DNA of 64,000 nt from assembly GCA_964016885.1 (NCBI GenBank), contig OZ024743.1, forward strand, positions 170,748,001 through 170,812,000, read 5' to 3'. The position numbers were made by a program, and so were the translations under genes. This DNA is from Eledone cirrhosa (lineage: Eukaryota). Shown here one piece after another: positions 25,854-39,400 of the stretch. Every line of letters begins with the position of its first letter. Within the stretch, counting starts at the first letter, position 1. The notes under the pieces were generated by a model, which saw only the letters and a list, made by a program, of their open reading frames with translations, searched no databases and was not told where the DNA came from.

Positions 25854-26210
25854 TGTAGCAGGAGTTGCCTCCCTTGTTGTGACACTCACATCACCAATAG
25901 AGTAACGCTCTCTAGACAGGAAGTAGCTGGAGTTGCTTCCCGTTGGGGTGATAGAACCCTTTTTATCACTTCCGGCAGAACCCTATAAAACGAATAACTT
26001 TCAGCTCCCTTTCTCTCATTTGCCTTTTCGGCCAGCCGTCTTCGGCCAGGCGCGTTCGCCTGGCGACCAAACGCTAACTAATAACTTTGTTTCATTCTCT
26101 CATCTATTCATTGACATGTCAACTATACTGTTCTATATATCCACAAATTGTTGATTAAATACACACAAAGCACGTCTCATGTTATATTCATACACACCAG
26201 TATTTTGTTA
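25854..26210 (+). mobile_element. Solo LTR-like sequence
   Basis: TGTAGC start, CCAAT, ctataaaa and attaaa; the 3' end and TSD are unclear. Confidence 0.45.
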
Positions 26211-26229
26211 TAGACCTCGTGATCCATGC

Positions 26230-26630
26230 ATATATATATATATATATATATATTCTCTTTTACCCTGTTCCAACCATCCAGCTGGTATATGGTCTGTAGG
26301 AGGGCAACCGTTGTCGGAGTCTCCACCGTGCCTTGTTGAACCATGGCCTGTGTCGTGGCCGGGAGGTTCCGCTTAGGTTTGGTCAGGCTAGGTTAGCGGA
26401 TGTCAAAATGCCGTCGAGGGTGGGTCCGTGGGTAGTGTCCCGGAGTTCTGTGCATCTGGTGTCGGAGTGAGCTATATTAAGGTCACTACGTCTATTGAGC
26501 CTAATGGATTCAGTATAACCTGCCCTAGTCAGTGCGTTGTTGTAGTGTTCAGCGGTGTTGCCCGACAGGGTGGATATTCTGTCGGATACACTTTTCACGA
26601 TGGAATTTAGCACTGTCTTGCGGTGTGTTT
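26230..26630 (-). mobile_element. Penelope-like RT thumb/linker fragment
   Basis: LNSIVKSVSDRISTLS...HYNNALTRAGY, similar to RISANKNIF...YYNEALHRAGY at ~31180. Confidence 0.65.
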
Positions 26631-27119
26631 TTTTAATTCTTTAACAAAAACATGAAATGTCTTTACCGACACGATAAACTATCATCGGGTCATCCATGCG
26701 TGGCACACCCCACAAACCCCTGCTTAATGTTTACACCAAAGCAAGTCTTTGTCTGATCAATACACATTCCAAAATGCGCACAGCCGCGCACACACACACC
26801 CAACCTCCTGTTTACACCAAAACAAGTCGTTGACTGATCAATTCACATTCTAAAACGTGCCCACACGCGCGCACACACACAAATCCTTAATTGCTCGTGC
26901 GCCCACGTAAATATGCACGTATATATATACACCCACATTGCTGCCCAACAAATTACACATACGCCCACGCACACAAAATATAGGGCCAATGCCTATATTA
27001 TATATATATATATTGTTCGTACTGCCTCTCTGTTTTGTTCCCGTTCAATTTTTTACTATATATATATATATATATTCTCGGTCCACATACCACAATAAAA
27101 ATAGATCTTTTGTCGTATC

Positions 27120-27210
27120 ACCAGTCCGAGGAGCAGATCGATACTGGAGTCGAGTCCATATTCCTATGGGTCACCTTGAGCCAACCCCCAGCGAAACGCG
27201 CGTAACAGGT
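27120..27210 (+). ncRNA. Type I hammerhead ribozyme, degenerate (CCGAGGA core)
   Basis: accagt-CCGAGGA-gc...gc-GAAA-cgcgcg-UA-acaggt; stem I pairs at 5 of 6 positions; palindromic stem III. Confidence 0.55.
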
Positions 27211-27358
27211 CAATACGCAATAAATATTTTTCACACGTAAACGAAACTTCCTCGATTTTTCTATTATATACACTCTGCATGTGCATAGAGTGCTTGATTG
27301 GATACCAACACCAATATTTCACCGTATTACTCACACTATATATGTATTTATATATATA

Positions 27359-28281
27359 CTAGCTGAGCTACTTGGTGATTCCTGGGTATTTTATTAAAGT
27401 TTCAATATTTGACCATTGAAATATGATTGCTGAATTTTAACTAAAGTAGGAATTATATTTTAAAATATTTATTGCAGGTTGTTTAAAGGAAATCTTGTAG
27501 ATAAAAATATTAGTTTTGTCCAGTGGTGATTTTTTTAATACTGCTCCCGATTACAGTCGGCATATATAATGCTTCGCACTTAGAAGAATCATTAGGTATG
27601 TTGTCAGTGAAAAGGACATGACCCAAAAAATAAATTTAGATTCTATTTATCCTTTTTTTTTTTTGCACAATCAGACCTCTGAAATTCAAACAAAATGTGA
27701 CGGCTATTTTAAAAAGCATATATAAAATAAAATAAAAAAATAAATTTATCATTGGTTTACGAATGAATGAAGAATTTACTTACACTTTTCTGTAATTCAG
27801 GGAAGTTTATTTAAATGTGTATAAGTGTGGTAAATATATATACATATACACCAGGAACCAAACTCCCTGTCACTGCCCCCATCTCTCCCCATCTCCCCAT
27901 CACTCACTATTATGAGAAAATGGGGGGGGGGGCACGCGATGGCCGCCCAGCAGCCCAGGCGGTTGTTTGCTTCACATACGTGAGACAGTAGACTGGGATA
28001 TATATGTTTCTAGCTTAAGTCCGGTGATAAACACACACACTTGTCTCAAATTTAAGAATGCTGAGACACACACGCACGCGCGTGCACAAACACACGCTCA
28101 CATACACACACAGTGTCATTACAACTTTTGTGAAAGAGAGAGAGAAAGAGAAGTAACATTAAGAAAGGAGTTAGTTAAGAAGCGTTTAAAAAATAAGTAA
28201 ATAAGTTAGTTATCGAACTATGCTATCATTTTTCTGTTTCCTTTCTCTCTCTTTCCTAATCCCCCCTCTCTCTTTCTTTGG

Positions 28282-28336
<55 letters not shown>

Positions 28337-28620
28337 CCTCTCTCTATCTTATCCACTCTCTCTCTCAGCCCCTCTCTTTCTCTCTTATCTCCTCTCTCTT
28401 TCTTACTCTACAGAATGAAGAACAAAAAAACAAATAAGTTGTTGCCTCGTTTTGGAGGACTGAGTTGTGGGAGGAGAAAGGTGAGTAGTGGGAGGGAGGG
28501 TTTAATGTCCGCAGGGGTTCCATTATTAACCAGTCCTGTTCTGCTATTAGCTTAACATGTGTGTAAAGTTTCATCGGGATCAGATCAATGGTGTAGAAAC
28601 CAAATGGTTACACACAGAGA
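27359..28620 (-). mobile_element. Non-autonomous Helitron/DINE-like element
   Basis: Minus-strand 3' end tacccagg...agtagctcagCTAG|T; 5' core gatcccgatgaaactttacacacatg near 28560-28585. Confidence 0.55.
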
Positions 28621-29108
28621 AACCAGCCTACTCGCCAACAGGCACCAATCACAAACTTTCTGCCTTGACCACTAGCCACGTGACGATTCTTAACCATTTT
28701 GAATTCGTTTCTGGCGGGGATCATGTAAGAAAAATCTTTGTCCAATTGAGTTTATCTCCTGATGATTTCCAACCTCATTGATTTATCCAAGATGGGATAT
28801 ATCCAAAAATGGAACGAAACCGCCGGGTTTAGAGATATTTTGATGATTTTGGTATGTTTATGTACATTTTTTCTTCTAACTTTGGTTTTGTACCTAATTA
28901 TGTATGGTCAATTTCTAGTCAATTTCTACAGGCTATCAGAAATACTAGGTAAATTTTCTGTAGCGGTGAGTCGCGGATAAAAAGCTATATCATTTATCTA
29001 TTGTTTCTTCATAAGAATATTTTAAACTTATAGCCTCGTTTAAAGGATTTTTATGCTGATTGGGAGAAGAAATACTGTATATATTTTATCTAATGATTCT
29101 ATGGACTT

Positions 29109-29156
<48 letters not shown>

Positions 29157-29294
29157 AGCAAAAGGGATATTTAATTTGTTGGTAATTCAACAAATATAAA
29201 TGTTTATAACTGATTCGAAGCACTCGACAGATTTTCTGGAGTATAATATTCAATGATATTACATAAATGGAAACTATATTTATAAAACCATATT

Positions 29295-29355
29295 TATTCT
29301 ATTATATATATTTCATGGGTACCAAAACTTTGGTATGCCCTCATCAGATAAAATA
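29295..29355 (-). ncRNA. Minimal type I hammerhead ribozyme (inverted pLTR copy)
   Basis: tattttat-CUGAUGA-gggcauaccaaaguuuugguacccau-GAAA-uauaua-UA-auagaaua. Confidence 0.75.
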
Positions 29356-32300
29356 CAAAGTTTGTTTTATAAATATTGACATAACCAGTAAGAAGATCTT
29401 AACGGTTCAAGTTTTTCCTGGATAGTAAAGGAAAGAAGGGAAAGAGAAGAGAAGTTAAATATTTCAAATTATTAAGATGAGTATGCAAATGAGGTTGAGG
29501 TATAGGGCTGAAAAAAAAACGTTATTTTTAGACGCTAGGTAGATTCAAATAATTATTAGGATATATGTATGTATGGTGTAGGAAGAAGAAAGAGAAAGAA
29601 AGAAGAGCTTGTATTTACGTTAATTTAAAAAGAATTAACAGTTTGTAGGAATGGTGGAATATGATTCCAGAATTTAAAACAATTATTTAGCGATATTATG
29701 AGTTATAATATTGTATATATAATCAATTAGATTATATGAAGAATTATGGTTGTAAGTACATTTTATCTTATTACATTACAACAGGTTGTAAGTATATAAA
29801 TATCTATATAATTAAAAATTGTGCAAGTATAAGTATTATTGGTGATTTTATAGAAATAAACCACAATTATTATTTGTTTATATTTCTCATATGAGTTACG
29901 AAGGAAGTTGATTTTGCATTTTACATTAAAAAATACGCAGATCAAGTTGTAAGAGGAGAACAATTTGTAGATTCAAATATTTTGTTCCAACATTGAAAAT
30001 ATTTTCAGAACATTGTTAATTTAGCGAAGTTATATAGTTTATCATACAAGTTATCGTGCATATGTTTGCTCAATTGTAAAGGAAAAGATAACTCCAATCT
30101 TATTTGTTAACCATTAAATTTGATGAATGATTTACTCAGAAAGTATGAAGAGAAAATTATATATTATTTTGTGTGAGATTATTTTTTTCAAGGATGAGAA
30201 TTTCAATTACATATTATTTACGTCGAAAGATGTGTGAACAGTTTGAAGATTAAAAAGAGGAACAAAAAAGTATCATGCATTTAAGGACATCAAATGAAGA
30301 TCTTTCAACCTTAAATAGAGAAACTTCGGAAATTATTTATAAATTAGGCATTCAAAATAGGACTGAACCCTTTATACCTAGAAAACCGAAGATTAACTTG
30401 AAGGACCACAAAAGAAATTTTGAAGTTTAACTACCAGTCAGACTCATCGCACCATCTAAATCTGACTTAGGCATAATTAGCAAGCATATACTAGATAGAA
30501 TTATACCACTACTTAAAGAAAAATCACACTTTAAACTATGTAACGATACTAATGAAGTAATAGATTGGTTTAAAAACATAAGTAAAAATTCATTCAAATG
30601 GATATTGCAAATTACTACTCCTCTAGCTTACTTAATAAGGCACCCCTAGCTTACTTAATAAGGCACTTATCTACGCTTCTAAACATACAGACCTATCTAG
30701 TGAAGAAATGAATATCATTCTAACAGCACGTAAAACCCTAATAGAATTTAATAATCATCTCTGGACAAGAGCCGACAGAAAAAACAATTTTGATATCACT
30801 ATGGGATCATCTGACTCGGTGCAAGTAACATACCTCGTTGGATTATTTATTAATAATGTACTGCATAGAAAAATGCCACAGATGACCGGAGGTTTATATC
30901 GTGAGGATATGTTACTTTTAATTGAAAACCATAGAAATAGTGAAATTAATAGGAAAAAGAAATCCATAATACAGTTTTTCAACAACTACAACCTTAATTT
31001 AGAAATCGAGAATAATTACAAAATCGTTAACTTCTTAGATGTAACCTTAAACCTTAGCTCAGGTCTTTATTATCCATTCCATAAAATTAACGAAAATCTA
31101 AATTACGTAAGTTTCAATTCTAATCATCCTAGCAATATAAAAAAACATTATTGTCAATAGCATCCAGCAACGGATTTCACGCATCTCTGCTAATAAAAAT
31201 ATTTTTGATGATAAGGCAGAATATTACAATGAGGCTTTACATAGAGCAGGATACTCGAATAAAATTAAATACTTAGATAACAATAACTTGATAAATCATC
31301 CTAGAATTCATTATAATAACAATAAACAATTCAACTTAAATAGTAAACCCCCCCAAAAAAACTAGAACTAGACATATTATTTGGTACTCTCCCCCATTCT
31401 CATTAGACGTTAAAACACCTTTAGCAAAGCTATTTTTTAAAGCACTAGATAAGTGTTTTCCTAAAGCCCACAGACGCCACTATATTTTTAACAGACACAC
31501 TATAAAACTATCCTACTATGAACATAACACAAAATATAAATAGAATTAATAATAGAAACTTAAAATTTAAACTCTAACCAAACAAACCAAGATAGCAATA
31601 ATAATATTTCTAACAACAATATTCATAATAATAGTACCGTTCCTAATAACAACAACTCCAGAATATGTAACTATAGAATTAAATCAAACTGCCCTTTACA
31701 TAATAACTGCTTAGACAAAAACGTAATTTATAAATGCACAGTTAAAACTAGAGACAAAATATGTAACTATATAGGTGCCACTTCTACAAAATTCAAAGAA
31801 CGCTGATACAACCACAAACAAATTTAATAGGTCTGATAAAAAAAATCTTCCACTTCATTTCACATCTAATTTGGAATTCAAAGGACAACAATATATACTA
31901 TTCAATTATAATTAACTGTCAAAACTCTATTAATTTAAAAACAGAATTATTTTCTAGTTGCAGACATCGCCAAAATTCCACTTTCCGAAGTATTTTTAAT
32001 CTATGATATTCATTACACTTGACTATATCTTATACACCTTTAAAATGATCCTATTATTTACTGAGTTTTTCTTTAAAAATTAAAAATATTTTAAATGATC
32101 TTCCTTCTTAAATCTAGTATTTTTACCATTTGATATTCTTTTCCTAATGATACTCTTCTTAATCTATTTTTTAGATGTAGATTGATAGTCTTTAATCAAC
32201 ATTCTGAAAGATATCCTCTTTACGATAGTTCTTCGAAATGCATAATACGTTTTTTTCCCTCTTTTTAATCTTCAAACTTTTCACACATCTTTCGACGTAA

Positions 32301-33168
32301 ATAATATGTAATTTAAATTCTCATCCTTGAAAAAAATAATCTCACACAAAATAATATATAATTTTCTCTTCATACTTTCTGAGTAAATCATTCATCAAAT
32401 TTAATGGTGAGCAAATAAGATTGGAGTTATCTTTTCCTTTACAATTGAGCAAACATAGACACGATAACTTGTATGATAAACTATATAACTTCGCTAAATT
32501 AACAATGTTCTGAAAATATTTTCAATGTTGGAACAAAATATTTGAATCTACAAATTGTTCTCCTCTTACAACTTGAACTACGTCTTTTTCTTAAATTTTT
32601 AATGTAAAATGTAAAATCAACTTCCTTCGTAACTCATATGAGAAATATAAACAAATAATAATTGTGGTTTATTTCTATAAAATCACCAATAATACTTATA
32701 CTTTCACAATTTTTAATCTATATAGATATTTATATACTTACAACCTGTTGTAATGTAATAAGATAAAATGTACTTACAACCATAATTCTTCATATAATCT
32801 AATTGATTATATATACAATATTATAACTCATAATATAGCTAAATAATTGTTTTAAATTCTGGAATCATATTCATCATTCCTACAAACTGTTAATTCTTTT
32901 TAAATTAACGTAAATACAAGCTTTTCTTTCTTTCTCTTTCTTCTTCCTACACATACATATATCCTAATAATTATTTGAATCTACCTAGCGTCTAAAAATA
33001 ACGTTTTTTTTTTCAGCCCTATACCTCAACCTCATTTGCATACTCATCTTAATAATTTGAAATATTTAACTTCTCTTCTCTTTCCCTTCTTTCCTTTACT
33101 ATCCAGGAAAAACTTGAACCGTTAAGATCTTCTTACTGGTTATGTCAATATTTATAAAACAAACTTTG

Positions 33169-33229
33169 TATTTTATCTGATGAGGGCGAACCAAAGTTTT
33201 GGTACCCATGAAATATATATAATAGAATA
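33169..33229 (+). ncRNA. Minimal type I hammerhead ribozyme (pLTR)
   Basis: 8-bp stem I (tattttat/atagaata, one G-U), CUGAUGA, accaaa/tttggt stem II, GAAA, palindromic tatata stem III. Confidence 0.75.
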
Positions 33230-33300
33230 AATATGGTTTTATAAATATAGTTTCCATTTATTTAATATCATTGTATATATATATGTAAATATATATATAT

Positions 33301-34200
33301 AAAATATATGGAGAATAAGATGGCTGTGTAGTTGTTAGTTAAGCTAGACTTAAAAATGGAATGAGAATAAGAAGAAAGCAAGAACGGGAGGGAGGGGGGG
33401 GTTCCTCATCAGTTGTCTACTAGGGGTCTCGCTTTAAAGACAATATATCTACCCACAGAGCGTTCAATAACTGGGTAAGTTATTGGGAAAACGGAGGAGA
33501 GAGAGAAGGGAAATAGAAGGAAAATAAAAAGGAAAAGAGGAAGAAAAGAGAAAACAGCCCCAAGAATGTGTAGCAACTGAAGGTAAGAGAATCCAAGACC
33601 ACAGCGGTAACAGATCTTAAGTTCAAGAGCGTGTGATCGAACGAAAAGACACGACTGACCCAAGCGAGTGTAAGTGAGAAAAGGACTGCTAGAAGGTCAG
33701 GTGAGGGAAATAATGAGGTGGCAGACAGAGAGAGGGTGAGTGAAAGTGAGAGGGAGAAAGGGAGAGGAAGAAAGGGGCGGGGAAAGTAGATAGTAACGAA
33801 ATAGGAGCGAGACATGATAAAATATATGGAGAATAGGATGGCTGTGTAGTTTCTAGTTAAGTTAGGCTTAAAAATGGAATGAGAATAAGAAGAAAGCAAG
33901 AACGGGGGGGGGGGGGGGTTCCTCATCAGTTTTCTACTGGGGGTCTCGGATATTTCAACGCTTTAAAGACAATATATCTACCCCCAGAGCATTCAATAAC
34001 TGGGTAAGTTATTGGGAAAACGGATGAGGGAGAGAAGGAAAAATAGAAGGGAAAAGGGGAAAAAAACAGAAGACAGTGAAAAAAACAACAAACCGAAGAA
34101 TGTGCAAGCAAATGAAGGCAAGAGAATCAACGTGTCTTTTTGTTTGATCACACGCTCTTGAGCCTAAGTTCTGTTACCGCTGTGGTCTTGGATTCTTTGG
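33301..34200 (-). repeat. ~518-bp tandem duplication plus short inverted copy (pLTR-like)
   Basis: aaaatatatggagaata at 33301 and 33819; 34130-34197 is the reverse complement of ~33588-33653. Confidence 0.8.
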
Positions 34201-34250
34201 AGATGCAACTGGTACTAGCATTGAAACTCATGCTAGTCTCATCAACTTAT

Positions 34251-36335
34251 TGGCAGCAGAACATTCCCAGCTCTGTGAGTCGAGGAGCGGTAGCGCTGCT
34301 GAGAAAGGACCCAAAGAAGGGGCACAAGATAGATAATTTCAGGCCCATAACTCTGCTAAACGCAGAGTTCAAGATTTTGGCCAAGGTGCTAGCAAAGAGG
34401 TTGGCGCTTGTCGTCGGTGGTCTGGTGGGAGAGGTGCAGACATGTGCCATTCCAGACAGATCCATCCACGACAACCTCCACCCCATGCGATACATTGTGG
34501 AGAGGGTAGCTAACGAACCTGGCATGGGATCAATTTAGATCAGTCGAAAGCTTTCGATAGGGTCGACCATCATTATCTGGCAGCGGTCCTGAAGGCGGAC
34601 GGCTTTGGGCCCGTCTTGAGAGGCTGGATCGCTGTCATGCACAGCGACATTTGCTCTTTGGTGAGAGTGAATGGTTACCTTTCAGTCCGCCAAGGATGTC
34701 CCCTCTTGTCCCTGTTGTACGTATTGACTCTCGAGCCATTACTGCACAAACTGAAGACATTGAAGGGCGGCCCGCGCGAACTGGGATGCGGGAGAACTGT
34801 GTCAACATATGCCGAAGACGTCACAGTAGTGGTGTCGAATGCCAAACACATCGAGGCGATTGGCACTACACTAAGAGAATACGAGGTGGTGACAGGAGCA
34901 ATGATTAACCAGGAAAAGTCGGTGAGCCTGCAGCTCGGCACCTGGAGAGGCAAGTCCATGCTGTCCAACAGCGTTGTCGGGCGCTGAACGGACTGGCTAA
35001 ATTGCTAGGGGTCTTTAGTCGGACAAAAGCTGGGACGAGTTGATGAACAGGGTGGCCTCTCTCACCCAGAAATGGGCTGAGAGAAAGCTATCCCTGAAAG
35101 GTCAAGTGGAGGTGGCGAACACGTACATCGCGTCCGTCATCTACCGTCGTGCCTTGTCATAAGCTTCGCCTGACTGTGCTGGAGCGTTTGCTCTTTCGCT
35201 TTTTGGGGAAGGGACGCGCTCCGATGGTCAGGTGGTCCGTTTGCTGTCAACACCCACAATGTGGAGGGCTGGCCATGCCGTGGCTGATGATGCGCTCAGG
35301 CTACGGCGTCTCCACCTCTTCCTCGACGATGATCAGGTGTGGTCACCGTTTGCTAGATGCGTGTTTCTCCAGCTCGTCTCCTTGACGGAGTTGCAGTCCT
35401 GGGTCAAGCGAAGACCGAGAGGGAGAGCTTGGAAACTGGAATGTCTTCAGGCAATGCGATCGGTGGAAACTCCACCTCGGCGTTCTATAGAGGGTTAGTA
35501 GAGGGAAGGAGCGACGACGTCCTTGGGGAGACTCTGGGCGTTGACTAAAATAAACTAGCCAATCTCTTTGGGAGAACTTTCGGGTCGGGACCCATGGACA
35601 ACTCCCATATATCGCTTTCCTGGCAGTGCTACCGAGGACCTTTGCCAATTCGGGATAAACTCTACAGGCATGGAAGTGCCGTCAGCCAGGCCTATCCGAG
35701 ATGCGTGCAAATCGACGAAACTGTCCTGCATGCACTCCTCCAGTGTCCGAGCATTGCGGATTTGTGGGTTTATGTCAAACATCTGTTGGCGCGTGGAGGA
35801 CAGATCCGGCTATCAGCTGAGTCAATCGTGAGGATTACCCCGCCGCCTTCCTTTAGCCAGGAAGGGCAGGCTGTTTTTATCAGCCTGTTGGCCATGGCAA
35901 AAGAAATCGTGTGGTGGACATGTTTGAAAGAGCTGAAGACGAGCACTTACCTCTTCGGTAATGCCCTGATTAACTATTTCATTTGAAAAGGAAAATCAGG
36001 GTAGAGAGGGAAGTACTCTCTTCCCAGCAATTTCTTGAAAGATGGGTGAGAAAGGCAAACATGGCCTGAGTGTGCGCCTGTAAATTGAAAACTGGGAGCG
36101 GGCACTTGCCCTGGTGATCAGGGTCACCGTGGCTTTTTTAATGGGCTTTCTCCACGAGTGTCCCTCGGAAGTCTCCCTCCTATTGGGGAATTTTCCTTTG
36201 TTTCTTTTTTGTCATTTCTTTTGTTTTTCTTTACACACAGAAATGCCAATTTGTGCCACCCTGTAGCGTCATGTGCTGTCCTTAATGTTATACTTTATGT
36301 CAATCCTTGTGGTTAATAGAGAAAACATTATGATT
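34251..36335 (+). mobile_element. Tx1/L1-clade LINE, 5'-truncated
   Basis: NFRPITLLNAEFKILAK, SVRQGCPL, YAED, C-terminal CPRC-type zinc finger (YPRC...ETVLHALLQC). Confidence 0.85.
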
Positions 36336-36466
36336 TCATTTGAAAAGGAAAATGAAGGTGGAGAGGGAAGTGATCTCTTCCCAGCAATTTCTTAAAAGAT
36401 GGGTGAGAGAGGCAAGCATAGCCCGAGTGAATGGGCCTACTCTGAGTATGTGCCTGTAAATTAAAG

Positions 36467-39400
36467 GTGGAAAACTGGGAGAGGGCAGACGTACGTTTTG
36501 TCACACCCCGAGAGGCGAAGTCTTACTCTTTGGTAACCCTAAAGAGTGGGGAGATAGTCTTGGTGCCCTCCTACTGCAGGCAGAAGATTGTGAGGGTTAA
36601 AGTGACTCAGGTCCCGCCCGATGTGCCCATACCTTGGCTGGCCGCATCTGTCCTTGTTGGAATCGAGGACAGGACGACCATGCTGCAAGTACAGAGAATA
36701 GGGAGGAAGAACTGGTCAGGTATAGGCAAGAAAATGATAATACGAACTGACCAGGAGTGTATTGAGGCTATCCCGGACATTATAGACCTCGAGGAAGGAG
36801 TCCAACTCCCTATAAGCGTGGAAGGAAGGCGCCCAAAGTGCTATCTCTGTGGGTCAAAGGGTCACCTCAGGGCCTTTTGCCCGGAGAAGACAGCGAAGAA
36901 ACCCCCCCCCCCTACTTCCGATGCCTGGTCCGCTGTTACCAGGAGCAGGGCAAGCAACAGAGGTAGCAGACCCTTCCACGGTGAGTAGGAGGGCAACGTC
37001 CGTGGAACCCATACCAAGGCCACGGACAACTAAAACAGCGGCATCAGAGGCGACAACACCAGTAGCTACATTTTCAGTAGTTGCACCAGCAACAAAATCA
37101 CCAGAGCGGGCTATACTTCCACCACCAACAGCCGTGGTACACATACCCCTCCCAGACCCCACAGAATTCAACGTGGAGTGTGAGGCGGGAGTGAAGTGGC
37201 AAAAGGTCTACCACAAAAAACAAAAATGAAAGAACCCCTTAGCTTCGCCCTCCAAAAGCGAGGGCAAGCATAGAGGAGTAACGGCTGCAAGGCGACTCGC
37301 AGCAACACCACCACCACCATCACCACCACAAGCATCACCACCAACAACAACCACTCCACCACCACAAACATCAACATCGCAAACACATATACGCAACATA
37401 TACGCAAGAGCAGCAACAAGAAAACAGCAACAAAACCAAACCCCGCAAAAACATTACACAGCCATAAACATGGCAAACAAAGAACTCATAGAACATATAA
37501 AGCAGCACACAGACATTACAGACAAAAATTACTACACCCCACCAACACCAAGAACTTTCCAGAAAAATATAATCATTATTGAAATTAAAATAGAACATTA
37601 TAAACATTTAAAAGAAAAATTTCCCAACGCAATTGGAGACTTCAGAGTGTCGGTTACCTAGAGAATGTACATCGACATTATCTTGGAGACACCCATGACC
37701 AATCAAAGGGACGGTTCGACTGTCTCTTTTCCACATGATCATGGTAGGTGATCCTTTCTTACTGACTCTATTCCTCACCCAACATGACCTTACTTAGAAT
37801 AGGCAGTATAAATGTACGTGGCCTGGGGTCATCTTGGAAGCAGAGCCACCTGCTTAACGATCTCAGGTCATTAAACATAGATGTGGTGGCCGCCAGCGAG
37901 ACCAGAATTTCCGAAGCACAAGACTTCGCACCGATCTTCAGCGACTACGATGTATATGCATCTCCCAGCCGTCCGGGAGTGGGAGTGGGGGTGGAGTTGT
38001 GCTTTTTCGGAGAGGCTTGGATCTCGCCATACGGGCCATCTTCCTAGACGCAGAAGGTAAGTTAGTGGTGCTGGATGTGACTGGCAGGAAAGGCAATGCT
38101 TTCAGGCTAGTAGCTGTCTACGCCCCAACAGTGGCAGGATGGTCAGATTTCTTCAGACGTCTAGAGACCTTTCTTGGAACATCACGCTCTTTAGTGTTCG
38201 TGGGTGACTGGAACGGTATCTTAGATGTGCGCTGGGATTATGTGGGGCTAGTAAATAAGGGAGGAGGATGTAAAAGCCTCACCAACCGGCTCAGACGTTT
38301 TCAACTATCTGACAGGTATAGACTGGATTATCCGAATGTGCCAATGTGGACATGGACAAACTGCATTGGGTCATCCAGATCGTATCTAGATAGGGTATTC
38401 TGTAGGGAAACAGATAAGGCTAGCGTAGGTTGTCCACAGTTTAAAGTATACAGTTTAAAGACTACACGAACTACAAATTTGTGATCTGTGAAGTCGACTT
38501 AGATAGCCTTCATAGGCAAGGGTCCGGTTACTGGAAGCTGAACGTGTCGTTACCATCGTGCAATGCAAAGCATACAGAGACCGGATAAGTGAATTAGCTA
38601 AGCGTGTGTTGACGTGTGCGATCGTCAACAACAGGTGGTGGTTTACCCTGAAAAGGGCAATTAAAGTAGAATTGATAAGGTTTAGAAAATGAGTAATGAT
38701 AGAAGAAAATAGAGTAGAAGTAGAGCTAGTTAGAAAGCTAGCAGAGGCGTTTAGGACAGGCATCGCAACCGACGTGCTTGCGGCGAGATTGGCACTCGAC
38801 CGATTCTTCAACGCAAAGCACGGAGGCTGCGTTGTCAGAACTAGAGCATATACTCTGAGACAAGGGAACAAAAGCCATTCAATGGGCCCGGGTGGCGGAG
38901 GCGTGACGTGACAACAAATCTACAATTCGGTCTTTGCCTGATCAAAACGAGTGCATGTTGCTCGAACCCGAGCAGATGTGTGCGGCTTTTCAACAGCACT
39001 TTGCTCAATTGTTCGGGAGCGGCTGTGGGCCAGATCGAAGCATGGACTTTGGTGCATACATCGATGGACTGCCGCGGCTCTCGACGACAGCAGGTGAAAT
39101 ACGGGAAGCGATGTTTGACTGCTCGAGGGGCGAATCGCCAGGTTTGGGTGGTCTGCCCTACGAGCTTTATGCGTACATGCCAGACTTGTTCGGCGACCTC
39201 TTGGCAGACGTCTACTGCAACTGGCAGCAGAACGGGAGCATTCCCAGTTGTGTGAGCCGGGGAGCTGTGGCGCTGCTGAGGAAAGACCCGAACAAGGGGG
39301 ACGTTATAGACAACTTCAGACCCATAACTCTGCTAAGTACAGAGTTCAAGATTTTGGCCAAGATGTTAGCAAAGAGATTGGTGTTTTTCGTCGGTGATCT

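Larger units (their letters stand above)
29251..33273 (+). mobile_element. Naiad-type Penelope-like element, 5'-truncated, with ~1-kb inverted pLTRs
   Basis: Arms 29251-30282 and 32236-33273 are reverse complements. The interior reads LKDHK.NF, RLIAPSKSDLG, FDITMGS, GLYRED, NFLDVTL, CN.R...CPL...C, VIYKC...YIG and SCRHR. Confidence 0.9.

Noticed and set aside
31801-31815. In-frame TGA in the Naiad ORF as selenocysteine
   Set aside because: It aligns to a likely Trp (KERWYNH) in a copy with many other disablements; no SECIS was recognised.
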